Of a DNA stretch of 64,000 nucleotides, positions 19,574-28,726 are shown piece after piece. The notes beneath the pieces are model-generated. The model was not told the DNA's origin and did not search any database. It saw nothing but the letters and a program-made list of their open reading frames with translations. How positions within the stretch are numbered: position 1 is the first letter of the stretch; each line of letters opens with the position of its first letter. A program made the translations under genes and the position numbers. This DNA comes from Oligoflexales bacterium (GTDB lineage Bacteria > Bdellovibrionota_B > Oligoflexia > Oligoflexales > Bog-1112), in assembly GCA_045105515.1 (NCBI GenBank), contig JBGCDR010000178.1:1-64000 (forward strand), in the 5' to 3' direction.

Positions 19574-21855
19574 GTTTCTAAGATTCCATGCTTAATGTCA
19601 AAGAGTGAATTTTCAAATTCTTTTTTTTCAGCTTCAAAGCTTGCAATTGCTTCGTTCTCAGATGTTTTGATAATTTCATATTGATTCCACTTGATGTCTG
19701 CAATCCACTTCTTATATTTTGCTTTTAATTGCCTGATTTGAAAAAGATAGTGACTTGCAATGAGGGAAATACTGTTCGCAGCTATACTTTCAAAACGGTT
19801 TGAGCTTCTTTTAATATATGATCTTTGAGAATTTAGGTCGGATTGTAAGTTGCTTAGACTCGCTATGGCCCCATCGATGTTTTCTTTGATTCGTTGTTCG
19901 ACATACCTTAAATTTTCTGCAAGATTCTTGGAAAGACTCTTCCAAATCTGCCAAATCGCGGTTAGTTTTTCTGCGCGAATACGGCCGCTTGCAGTTTTGA
20001 AATTTGAACGGAATCGCAGGTAAAGATTGCTTTCAGCCTTTAGAGAATCACTATATCTAGTGAAAAAGACTTTTTGTGGCATATTTGCAAAGACATTTGC
20101 TTGATTTACGAAGCGCTTCTCCCGAAGAACATTTATTATGTTTGTAACTTGGGTATTGAGTTGCGAACTTAAACTGTCTAAGTACTCCAAAGACTCTGCT
20201 AATGCTTGCTTTTTTTCAGTTTCTTCTAGGTTTAGCATATGGTTGCTTGCTGTCATCATGGCATTTATTTTTTGCATTCTTTTCCAGAGCTTACCAACTT
20301 TTGCATTTTTCTGTAGAAATACACTTTCTTTCCTCAAAGGGCCTGTGTCTCGATGGTATCTGTATTTTTCAGTCATCATTTTTTCACGGCGGTTCCAAAG
20401 AGCTAATATCTGATTGTCTTCTGATCTAGAAAGTTTATCTTTATAGATAGATTTTTCTGCAGAAACTAGCATGTGACCGATCTTTAAGATATCATTGCCG
20501 AAGGCTAGTAACTGTAGGTAGTGGTGGTGTAGGTCGGGATTATAGCTGGTTATTTCTGCGTTACTAATCGACTTTAAACTATACTGGAGATTCCCCTCGA
20601 GAGAGTTTGCTTGCTCATTCAAGTTGACTAAATTATTCTCTATTGTTTTAAGTTTTTTGCTTAGTGGTGGGATACTTACAAGTCTGTTAATTGAAGCTTC
20701 AAGCTCTTTAAATGAACCATAAGAATCAAAATATCTGCTGCGACTAAATGACCCAAGTTCGGTAACCAAATTCTTAATAGTTTCTAAACGAACATTCAGA
20801 TTTGATTTAGCTTGATCGAAATGACCAGCTTGCATATCAAAAAAAGGCATAAGTCTTCGAACCATATTCGTGCGCCTACTATCTAAATTTGCACCAAGAT
20901 ATAGATTAGCTTGTGTTTTTGCCTCTTCCCAATTTCTTACAGATGCATAGAGAAAACATAGCTCGAAAACACTATCGAAATAAACAGGTGATTCTGAAGA
21001 GATAGATTTGTAATTTTGTTCTGCTAGCATAGGTTTGTTTAGAACGAAATTCAGTCGACCTAAAAATAGTTTGTAGAAAGGTAGCAATTCACTATTTTCA
21101 GAAATTTGATCCATTGCTAAGGTTAAAATATGATGCGCTCGTTCATACTTATTGAGTTGTATTGCGATTATTGCCTGAAAAATTTTTGTGCGAGCAAACA
21201 TTTTCATGTCGCTACTAAATGCACTTGCATTTGCAAGCCATTGACTAGCAACTTTGTATAGACCTCCTTGGTTAGCAATCTTAGCGATGAGGTACATCAT
21301 TTGGTATCGCCTAGGTTGGGGGAAATCAATCGCCGAAAATCCAGAAATGAATGAATAAAGATCATTTTTCTTAATCGTACTGTATTTTAAATCGAAATAT
21401 AGTTGGTTTAGTATTTCCTCTAGATCAGAGAAATTTTGATCTTGTGCAGTAAGGAATGATGCGGTGTATTTTTTTGCTGACTGAAAAGAATTTTGATACT
21501 GACGAGTTTGTGAGTAAATAGAAAAAAGATTTTTTTGAATATGTAGGTAAGTTGGGGCAGGAGGTACTTGAATTAAGTTTAAGTATTTTGAGTACCAATA
21601 GAGAGAAGCATACGGAATTTTCTGATCATAGAAAAGATCTGCTTTCTCCAAAAAAGCCGTAGCTTCTTCATTGTTTATGTGAAAGCCTTTGCTTCTTCTT
21701 ATTGTTTTGATCGCATTGAATTGCATATCTAGATTTTGCAGCATTTGAGACGCATTTAGAATTAGGTCTTCTGGAGATTCTGCTTTGAAAGCAAAACTAT
21801 TCACAGCTGGTATAAACACCAGCATAAGAAGATAGCAGTTAAAGTAAAGACTCAT
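19567..21855 (-). CDS. Exported TPR + coiled-coil protein
   Basis: 762 aa, signal peptide, N-terminal TPR-like region (LFLGRLNF...YKSISSESPVYFDSVFE), long C-terminal coiled coil. Confidence 0.6.
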   Translation of the reverse strand: MSLYFNCYLLMLVFIPAVNSFAFKAESPEDLILNASQMLQNLDMQFNAIKTIRRSKGFHINNEEATAFLEKADLFYDQKIPYASLYWYSKYLNLIQVPPAPTYLHIQKNLFSIYSQTRQYQNSFQSAKKYTASFLTAQDQNFSDLEEILNQLYFDLKYSTIKKNDLYSFISGFSAIDFPQPRRYQMMYLIAKIANQGGLYKVASQWLANASAFSSDMKMFARTKIFQAIIAIQLNKYERAHHILTLAMDQISENSELLPFYKLFLGRLNFVLNKPMLAEQNYKSISSESPVYFDSVFELCFLYASVRNWEEAKTQANLYLGANLDSRRTNMVRRLMPFFDMQAGHFDQAKSNLNVRLETIKNLVTELGSFSRSRYFDSYGSFKELEASINRLVSIPPLSKKLKTIENNLVNLNEQANSLEGNLQYSLKSISNAEITSYNPDLHHHYLQLLAFGNDILKIGHMLVSAEKSIYKDKLSRSEDNQILALWNRREKMMTEKYRYHRDTGPLRKESVFLQKNAKVGKLWKRMQKINAMMTASNHMLNLEETEKKQALAESLEYLDSLSSQLNTQVTNIINVLREKRFVNQANVFANMPQKVFFTRYSDSLKAESNLYLRFRSNFKTASGRIRAEKLTAIWQIWKSLSKNLAENLRYVEQRIKENIDGAIASLSNLQSDLNSQRSYIKRSSNRFESIAANSISLIASHYLFQIRQLKAKYKKWIADIKWNQYEIIKTSENEAIASFEAEKKEFENSLFDIKHGILETW

Positions 21856-22604
21856 GAATTTAAATTGCCCTCAAACATTTTCGCTTTTACAGGTTCATTA
21901 ATATTTTTGGGAGGGTAAATAGTAAATACCCATTTCTTTTTAAATGAACCTACCGGAATGGATACCTGAAAACTCTGATTGATCATTCTGTATAAGCTAT
22001 CATTTAGCGGTATGTCCGACGGGTTTAGAAGAACAATACGTGAAACAATATCTATGCGATGATTACCAGGACTAAGTGAGCCATAATAGACTTGAAGAGA
22101 ATCTTTTGGTATCCATAGACTAGAAAAGTTGTCCGAATGTATTGGAGTACCATCGATTTTAATTTCAATATGCTGAATGTTCGCAATTTCGCTTTTTGCA
22201 AGCGTAACCTCAAGGACAATGAGATTATTTATATTCATTTCATGCATGATCTCTTGTTGCTTTTGTTTGACTTTTGCAGTGAGTATTTTTAAATTTGAAT
22301 TTAGTTTGCTAATCTCCTTGTCTAGTTGATTTAAGTCATTCATTGGGCTTAACCCACCTGATATTCGTGTTCTCCATTTTTTGGAGAAGGTAGAATTATT
22401 ATTATTTGATTTTTTTGATTTTCCTGTCGTTTTATCGGTATAAAGTGCCTGTGATCCACGTTCTTTCTCTAAGAGTTTAGAATCTAACTGGTCGCTGATC
22501 GAACTATCTGCTAAAGCCTTCGTTGTAAGGATTGAAATAGAAAGGCTTAAGCTAATAAAGTATTTGCTGTTAAATTTACTTATTTTTTGCATAGCGTTTT
22601 TCAC
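21852..22604 (-). CDS. Exported protein, coiled coil + beta-sandwich-like domain
   Basis: Signal-like segment, heptad stretch, then IEIKIDG...VYYGSLSPGNHRIDI. Confidence 0.55.
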   Translation of the reverse strand: MKNAMQKISKFNSKYFISLSLSISILTTKALADSSISDQLDSKLLEKERGSQALYTDKTTGKSKKSNNNNSTFSKKWRTRISGGLSPMNDLNQLDKEISKLNSNLKILTAKVKQKQQEIMHEMNINNLIVLEVTLAKSEIANIQHIEIKIDGTPIHSDNFSSLWIPKDSLQVYYGSLSPGNHRIDIVSRIVLLNPSDIPLNDSLYRMINQSFQVSIPVGSFKKKWVFTIYPPKNINEPVKAKMFEGNLNS

Positions 22605-23880
22605 TTATGGAAGCTAGGTGAATTTGAAACTTTTGAGCGAAGCTCTTTGGCAAAAATAGTTCAAAGTACTTTGGTAATTTATGATGTCTATATCTTGTAA
22701 AGCTACTTGCTCTCAAGCCTCGGTTAAACTCAGCCAAAATATTTTTTTTTAGTGGAGTTTTTTTTAGAATTTGAGCAATTGAAAGAGGTTTTTTCAGAGT
22801 TAAAGAAGTTAAGCTAAGGGATTTTTGCTTAGTATCTACTTTGTTTTCATTCAGAAGACGATTATATGTGTTTACAGCAGCGCGGAACTCTGCATAAAAG
22901 TTTTTGCTGGCATAGCGGAAAGATTTGGAATGATAACGATCAATGATTCTGCCTAGATCCCGAGAACCAACCTGTTTGATAGCCCTTTTCATCCCTCCTT
23001 GCCCATGATTATATGCAGTAATCGCAAGTGGCCAAGCTTTCAGAACTTGGTGGTTCCTAGCCATTAACTTCGCTGCTCCACGAGTAGCTTTAAAAGGAGA
23101 GTTTCGTTCGTCAACGAGGCGGTTGATTCGCATATATTTCTTAGCTGTTTGGGGCATGAATTGCCATATACCTGATGCTCCGACCCGAGATCTTGCTTTT
23201 AAGTTGAACATGGATTCAACGAAAGCAAGACGAGTGATGATTGGGGGAATTCCCTCATCTTTGAAGGTTTTCTCCATGAATGGTAGATATTTCTGAGCTC
23301 TGTTCGCTGCTACGATAAACTCATTCGCTAATCCGGCTTGACTGCGAATATCTACCTCACCTCGATATAGGAGGTAAAGCCCACTTTTGGTACGATTATA
23401 AACGCTAAAAATTCTGCGCTCTATTGCTCCAAATTTTAGGGCAGTTTTTCCTAGTCGACGAAAGCGTTTAATTGCTAATCGATATCGATTCAAGTATGAA
23501 CGGGTGATGCGATCTCGTAATCTTTTCGCAGGAAGGTTTTTCCTAGAGTTTTGATTGGCCCATAATTTGAAGTCAATTATGTCGATAATATGACCTGGGC
23601 GTTTCGTATCATGTATTACTGTTGTGTGAGTAGGATAATTGTAGAAAATTTTTTCCCAAAACTGGATCTGTTTTTCAACTACCGATGGAGTTGGAAATAG
23701 CTTAGGATCAAGTTCAATAGCAGTAAGGCACTTTCCTTTCGTCAAAGCTATGATAGCCATGACAATGGCACACAGAAAAGCTTTATTCTTTATAAGATGA
23801 GGCTTAGTTTTGTTCAAAGCTACTGACATTTGGTGATCTTTGATTGTTGGCGATAGTTTGATGCTCTTATATTTTAACAA
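22576..23880 (-). CDS. Lytic transglycosylase (SLT domain, MltD-like)
   Basis: LAFVESMF catalytic Glu, GASGIWQFMP, AITAYNHG motifs. Confidence 0.9.
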   Translation of the reverse strand: MLKYKSIKLSPTIKDHQMSVALNKTKPHLIKNKAFLCAIVMAIIALTKGKCLTAIELDPKLFPTPSVVEKQIQFWEKIFYNYPTHTTVIHDTKRPGHIIDIIDFKLWANQNSRKNLPAKRLRDRITRSYLNRYRLAIKRFRRLGKTALKFGAIERRIFSVYNRTKSGLYLLYRGEVDIRSQAGLANEFIVAANRAQKYLPFMEKTFKDEGIPPIITRLAFVESMFNLKARSRVGASGIWQFMPQTAKKYMRINRLVDERNSPFKATRGAAKLMARNHQVLKAWPLAITAYNHGQGGMKRAIKQVGSRDLGRIIDRYHSKSFRYASKNFYAEFRAAVNTYNRLLNENKVDTKQKSLSLTSLTLKKPLSIAQILKKTPLKKNILAEFNRGLRASSFTRYRHHKLPKYFELFLPKSFAQKFQIHLASISEKRYAKNK

Positions 23881-23921
23881 TGGCTTGATTTCGATTACAA
23901 TGGGCAGAATTTTACTTTCTA

Positions 23922-23950
23922 TTGACGAGCCTTGAGAGCTGTGTTATGAA
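23922..23950 (+). promoter_or_regulatory. sigma70-type promoter for tRNA-Pro
   Basis: TTGACG-N17-TATGAA with extended -10 TG. Confidence 0.45.
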
Positions 23951-23983
23951 TTGCGTCTCCTACCGTGTGTAGGGCTAATGTGT

Positions 23984-24060
23984 CGGGGCGTAGCGCAGTC
24001 TGGTAGCGCGTACGTCTGGGGGACGTGAGGTCGCTGGTTCGATCCCAGTCGCCCCGACCA
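23984..24060 (+). tRNA. tRNA-Pro (GGG)
   Basis: CGGGGCG acceptor stem, TACGT-CTGGGGG-ACGTG anticodon arm, GGTTCGATCC T-arm, CCA end. Confidence 0.97.
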
Positions 24061-24155
24061 TTTTAAATAGCTAAAATGAACTCCTATTACAGACTGTTCA
24101 AGAGATCGCCTGACCTTACTGCGTATCAATGTATGAGGGTGATGACAGATATTTC

Positions 24156-25844
24156 TTAAATTTCTTGTTTAGATAAACCTAAGTAATTGACGATGTCTTC
24201 GGGAGTAATGAGCCCCAGTAGCTCCTTATCATTGAGTCGGCTGACAACGGGTAGACGGCCTATTTCGAATCGTTTCATCTTGTCTAAAGCCACCAGCAAG
24301 CTTTGATCTGGGTAAATGGATATAACAGAGTATTTTGCTGCATTTCTGAGTTTGCACTGAGGGTCTGATTCGGATTTATCTTTTAGTTCCCCGCGGTTGA
24401 CTATGCCTATGAGTCGATTGTTATTCCGGATAACGGGAAAGCCACTGTAATTATTTTTTTCAATGATAGGTATAGATTCATTTACAGTCGCATCAGCTCT
24501 GAGGCAAACGACTGACCTAATCATACATTCTTCGACAATCATCTCATTGAGGCACTCTTTGTCAGAGTGAGTGGGCAAATGTACCCCTTCATATTCTGCT
24601 ACCGACTCATAAACCGACTCATTGTTAATAAGAGTAGAAATCCAATATGCAGCTGCACTTGATATCATAAGCGGTAGAATGAGAGCATAGCTTCGTGTCA
24701 TTTCAAATAACATAACAAATGCAGTAAAAGGGGCTCTAATAACTGCCACAAGTAAAGAAGTCATACCCAAAAGGGCAAAAACTCCTATCTCGATTGGTGC
24801 GATTCCTAATTCTTTTAGAACTAATCCAATAAGACTTCCACTAACAGCCCCTAAAAAAAGGACTGGCATGAACAGGCCTCCACTCAAACCTGTACTGTAT
24901 GAAGTGGCTATTAGCAGCATCTTTATTAAAAAAAAGAGAAACATTGAGGAGATCAGATTGCTGCCTTCGCCTTTAAGTAGCTGGTTAATAGTCGCAATCC
25001 CATCACCAAGGATTGCTGGTGAATAATGTGAAAAACCAGCAGCCAAAACCACTGCAAAAACCACAAATAAATAATCATTTGAGTGAAAGTACTTTTTCTT
25101 TAGACTTTTGAAAATTAGAATTCCTTTGACTAGCAGCATACCGATAAGTGACATAGTACAACCCAAGCCCAGATATAAGAATAGATGCCAATCTGAATCA
25201 AAGTGGTAGTTAACAGGTACAAAAGTCGATTTATTTCCTAGAAGTTTGAATGATGTTACGGAAGCAACGACGGAGGTCATCATGATCGTTCCTAGGTATT
25301 TGGTGTTGAGTTCCCCAAGGATTTCTTCGATGGTAAATACCACTGCTGCAATAGGTGTATTAAATGCAGCAGCCAAGCCAGCAGTGCCTCCTGAGGTAAC
25401 CAAGACCTTTGTTATTTGATGATTAAATCGCAGCGTATGAGCAACAAGGTGGCCCCAAGCTGCTGATATTGTGACCATAGGACCTTCTTTTCCAAAAGAT
25501 AATCCAGAACAAAGTGTCAAACAAGTGGTTATGAATTTTCCAAACGGCATTCTTCTGGGCATTTTCCCCTTGTAGGCAACTAAACTCAATTTGACCTGCG
25601 GAATACCAGAGCCATGTGTATCTTTGAAGACCATTTTACTCAAGAAAAATGATACCAGGGCAAAACCAAGTGAAAGTAGAGTGGTACTGAATTCAAAGGC
25701 TTCTGAAGTCCCGATGAGCTTTGATATGATATGAACTATTTTGTGCAATAAATATGAGAATATTCCTGAGCCGATCCCTATGCAAAGTATTGCAACTGCA
25801 ACTTTATAGTGATTTGATTTGATCACTTTGGAGAGTTTTATCAT
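24156..25844 (-). CDS. ClC Cl-/H+ antiporter with CBS domains
   Basis: GSGIP, GKEGP, FTIEEI, GGLFMP motifs; C-terminal CBS pair. Confidence 0.93.
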   Translation of the reverse strand: MIKLSKVIKSNHYKVAVAILCIGIGSGIFSYLLHKIVHIISKLIGTSEAFEFSTTLLSLGFALVSFFLSKMVFKDTHGSGIPQVKLSLVAYKGKMPRRMPFGKFITTCLTLCSGLSFGKEGPMVTISAAWGHLVAHTLRFNHQITKVLVTSGGTAGLAAAFNTPIAAVVFTIEEILGELNTKYLGTIMMTSVVASVTSFKLLGNKSTFVPVNYHFDSDWHLFLYLGLGCTMSLIGMLLVKGILIFKSLKKKYFHSNDYLFVVFAVVLAAGFSHYSPAILGDGIATINQLLKGEGSNLISSMFLFFLIKMLLIATSYSTGLSGGLFMPVLFLGAVSGSLIGLVLKELGIAPIEIGVFALLGMTSLLVAVIRAPFTAFVMLFEMTRSYALILPLMISSAAAYWISTLINNESVYESVAEYEGVHLPTHSDKECLNEMIVEECMIRSVVCLRADATVNESIPIIEKNNYSGFPVIRNNNRLIGIVNRGELKDKSESDPQCKLRNAAKYSVISIYPDQSLLVALDKMKRFEIGRLPVVSRLNDKELLGLITPEDIVNYLGLSKQEI

Positions 25845-26169
25845 ACCTTTTTTTAATCTCCTTCAGTTTATCGAATACTTCAGTAAATGAGCTGAAAAAC
25901 AGATCAAATTTGGAGGCTCTTGAGTCAACTTCAAGAGTTGTTACAGCAAGTACAATTATTTTTCCAAGAGCTTTATTGGCTAGTTTTGAGGCGATTGTAA
26001 ATCCTTGATCGCGCAGAGAGTCAATATCAATAATAATGATGGAGTTTGCTAGATCTATGGCATCGATATTTGATGGTCCATTAAATTTGTCAGCGTGAAT
26101 TTTTTGCTTGGATAGGTTTTCTATGAAAATATCTGGGTTTGTATTGTTTGAGAAAACGATAATTTTCAT
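25804..26169 (-). CDS. Small receiver-like hypothetical protein
   Basis: 121 aa beta/alpha pattern with IIIIDID...GFTIA; acidic pocket and conserved Lys not evident; GGAGG SD. Confidence 0.5.
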   Translation of the reverse strand: MKIIVFSNNTNPDIFIENLSKQKIHADKFNGPSNIDAIDLANSIIIIDIDSLRDQGFTIASKLANKALGKIIVLAVTTLEVDSRASKFDLFFSSFTEVFDKLKEIKKRYDKTLQSDQIKSL

Positions 26170-26381
26170 GGCAATCCTCCGGCAGTGAGTGTACTCAACT
26201 CTTCAGGGAATTTAAAGATGAGTTTCTCTAATTGTTTCATATTTGATCTAAGGGTGATGTTTCCATCATATTAGAAAATAGCGTAAAGCAAAAAAAGAAA
26301 GGTATGGCTGTAGACTTGAAGCCAAGATTTAGGTTAGGCGAATTTCTGCAAGGTAGTCAAAATGTTGATTTGATTCTTGGA

Positions 26382-26678
26382 TTACATGGTAAGTTCCTGG
26401 CAGGTAAATGCTTGTGCTTTTTCCAAATTTTCTTTTATTTTTAGAGCGCCACTCTCACAATAAGAAGGATCATTTTTCGCGTTAAATTTTTCCTGTGGAG
26501 TTTGGTTTGGAAGAGTATAATGGACCTTGCAAGGGACTTTTTGTCCAGTTATTTCTTCAATAACTTCAATTTTTCTAACTTCATCACTCGTGTTGCTTTT
26601 ACAGCTATAAGATTTTGCACCCAATGCCATGGATGAAGCCAATATACATGCAGTAGCGATTAATGTGCGCATTACCAT
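26382..26678 (-). CDS. Small secreted Cys-containing hypothetical protein
   Basis: Signal peptide, four Cys in mature part, GGAGG SD. Confidence 0.65.
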   Translation of the reverse strand: MVMRTLIATACILASSMALGAKSYSCKSNTSDEVRKIEVIEEITGQKVPCKVHYTLPNQTPQEKFNAKNDPSYCESGALKIKENLEKAQAFTCQELTM

Positions 26679-26871
26679 AATACCTCCATTTATATTCGAA
26701 AATATCTTAAGAGCAAAATATCTTCTCTATCTTAGCATTGTCTGCGATGAAGTAAACTGGGTACCTATATACTTCCAGAAAGGTGCTAAAATTCGGAAAG
26801 TTGGCAAAATGAAGCGGCGTTTCACTTGATACTGTGGTCATTGCTTGGAATTTGATGGCGCAGAAGATTCT

Positions 26872-27615
26872 TTAGTTATCCTTTTCACCTAGGAAAGAGC
26901 CAAGTTTAGAGCGAATAATTTTGGGGTTTTCTCCAGCGAGTAAAGCATCTACACCTACCTTAATGATTTCTAAGTTTTGCACCTCTGCCTTTGAGTTGAA
27001 TTCAAGCTTTGATGTAAGCGGTATGAAATACATATTAGAAAGCAAGGATCCATATAAGGTTGTCACAAGTGCTACTGCCAATCCAGGGCCAATTTTAGAG
27101 GGGTCACTTAAATTTGCCATAATTACAATCAATCCAATAACCGTCCCGATCATACCAAAAGCTGGGCATGATTCACCCATATAATTGAAAATATCATTAC
27201 CGATTTTATGCCTTTTCTTCAAATTTAGAATTTCTAGGTCAAGCAAGGATCTAATGAGTTCAGGGTCGTAGCCATCAACCATGCACCTGACTGCTTTGGC
27301 AAAATAGTGATTTTTAACAGGGAATTTTTCCAATGCGAGAATTGATTCTTTGCGAGCTATCTGTGCACACTCAATGATTTCTTCAATCAATTCTGCGTCA
27401 TCTTGTAGGTTATTATGAATAGCCTTTAAGCCTGCACTGAGGCCTTTGATAAAAGTAGGTAAGCTAAACCGAGCCATTGTAGCAAAAAAAGCACCCCCTA
27501 GAACGATAATGATACTGGTTAAATCCCAATATAAAAGGATTCCCCCAGTAAACTGCATGATTCCTACAAGCAGAAGGGTTCCAACAACTAATCCGACAAG
27601 ACTTGCTATATCCAC
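26872..27615 (-). CDS. motA: MotA/PomA-family stator subunit
   Basis: ARKESILALE, PAFGMIGTVIGL, IGPGLAVALVTTLYG, GENP motifs; 4 TM pattern. Confidence 0.92.
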   Translation of the reverse strand: MDIASLVGLVVGTLLLVGIMQFTGGILLYWDLTSIIIVLGGAFFATMARFSLPTFIKGLSAGLKAIHNNLQDDAELIEEIIECAQIARKESILALEKFPVKNHYFAKAVRCMVDGYDPELIRSLLDLEILNLKKRHKIGNDIFNYMGESCPAFGMIGTVIGLIVIMANLSDPSKIGPGLAVALVTTLYGSLLSNMYFIPLTSKLEFNSKAEVQNLEIIKVGVDALLAGENPKIIRSKLGSFLGEKDN

Positions 27616-27633
27616 TTAAGTCCATACCTAGTA

Positions 27634-27972
27634 TTAAGGTTTACACTCTTTAAATGAAACGATCTTTCTGGGCATTTTCGTAGAGTCAATCTCTATATCT
27701 CGATAAATAAAAGTTTTTCCTAAAACTTCGTTGATTCGTGACTTTTCAATTTCAACGAAACATTTTTGTCTATTGATATTATAATTCTTTATACACATAC
27801 TCACAAAACCATCACTAGCCATATCCATATTTTTTTTGTCTACCTCAAGATGCCACTCACACTTGCTTGTATTCTGGCAATCACAGCTTTGTATAAATAT
27901 GAATAGCAACATTAGAGCCAAGATACCTTGAGAACTACTCGTAAACGATTTTAAGATCGACTCTATTTCCAA
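27634..27972 (-). CDS. Small Cys-rich putative lipoprotein inside the stator operon
   Basis: Hydrophobic stretch ending IQSC, six Cys; overlaps motB2 end and lies 18 nt from motA. Confidence 0.6.
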   Translation of the reverse strand: MEIESILKSFTSSSQGILALMLLFIFIQSCDCQNTSKCEWHLEVDKKNMDMASDGFVSMCIKNYNINRQKCFVEIEKSRINEVLGKTFIYRDIEIDSTKMPRKIVSFKECKP

Positions 27973-28711
27973 GGTTAAGATTTTCTCCTAAATTTATACT
28001 GCTATCATTATAAGGTAATTCATAGCCATATGGAATCAATCTGCGAATTGGAACTTCGTAATTCCTGCTTAAATATCTCAACATGAAGGTAGCTCTAAGT
28101 GAAGCTAGGGCTAAGCCTTCAGGAGAACTCCCTTTTTTTTCTGCGTATGCTTGAATAATGATATTTTTATCGAGGCTTGCTAAGTATATGGCTAAGGGCT
28201 GCAAATTTTTTATCTGGGCACGTTTTAACCGATAAGAATTTTCTTCATAGAGCATACTGGCTCCAATACTTACGACGATATTCTTTCCTTCTCGATATAC
28301 TGAAACAGTTGGTTTTTCTTTTCTAAAATAGCGTTTGATTTTTTGGGCAGGCTCTGGCTCTATTAACTTTCTTACCTTTTCTAATTCTTCATCAATCACG
28401 TTCACATTGTTACGGTTGCGATTGAAGCGTTTGATTAGTTGTTCTCGTCTATAATCGAGCTTCCAGTTTTTGAAGATATTAATCCCTTTATTAGTAGGCC
28501 CAACATCAGGGTCATCAATTTGATCAGGAATTTCGATGAAGGCTTCGCGAATAGATGAAACGACACCTCTTATTTCCTTTGTTTCTCCTTCGGATTTAAG
28601 TCCATAAAGGACCACAAATGTAGCAAAAAGAAGGGTCATGAGGTCTGCATAGCTGATAATCCATAAGCCACCTTCTTGTTCGGGTTCTTTTTCTGCTTTT
28701 GGAGTTTCTAT
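27935..28711 (-). CDS. motB: MotB-family stator subunit 2 (probable ATA start)
   Basis: In-frame extension upstream of ATG 28639 reads ETPKAEKEPEQEGGLWIISYADL; no NTG codon between the upstream stop and this motif; ATA at 28711 preceded by AGGA; degenerate OmpA-like C-terminus ending NRVDL. Confidence 0.8.
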   Translation of the reverse strand: METPKAEKEPEQEGGLWIISYADLMTLLFATFVVLYGLKSEGETKEIRGVVSSIREAFIEIPDQIDDPDVGPTNKGINIFKNWKLDYRREQLIKRFNRNRNNVNVIDEELEKVRKLIEPEPAQKIKRYFRKEKPTVSVYREGKNIVVSIGASMLYEENSYRLKRAQIKNLQPLAIYLASLDKNIIIQAYAEKKGSSPEGLALASLRATFMLRYLSRNYEVPIRRLIPYGYELPYNDSSINLGENLNLGNRVDLKIVYE

Positions 28712-28726
28712 AGTTAGATTTCCTAA

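Noticed and set aside
23944..24129. 61-aa ORF
   Set aside because: Antisense to tRNA-Pro
24040..24160. Genomic island integrated at tRNA-Pro
   Set aside because: No integrase and no duplicate of the tRNA 3' end noticed in the window
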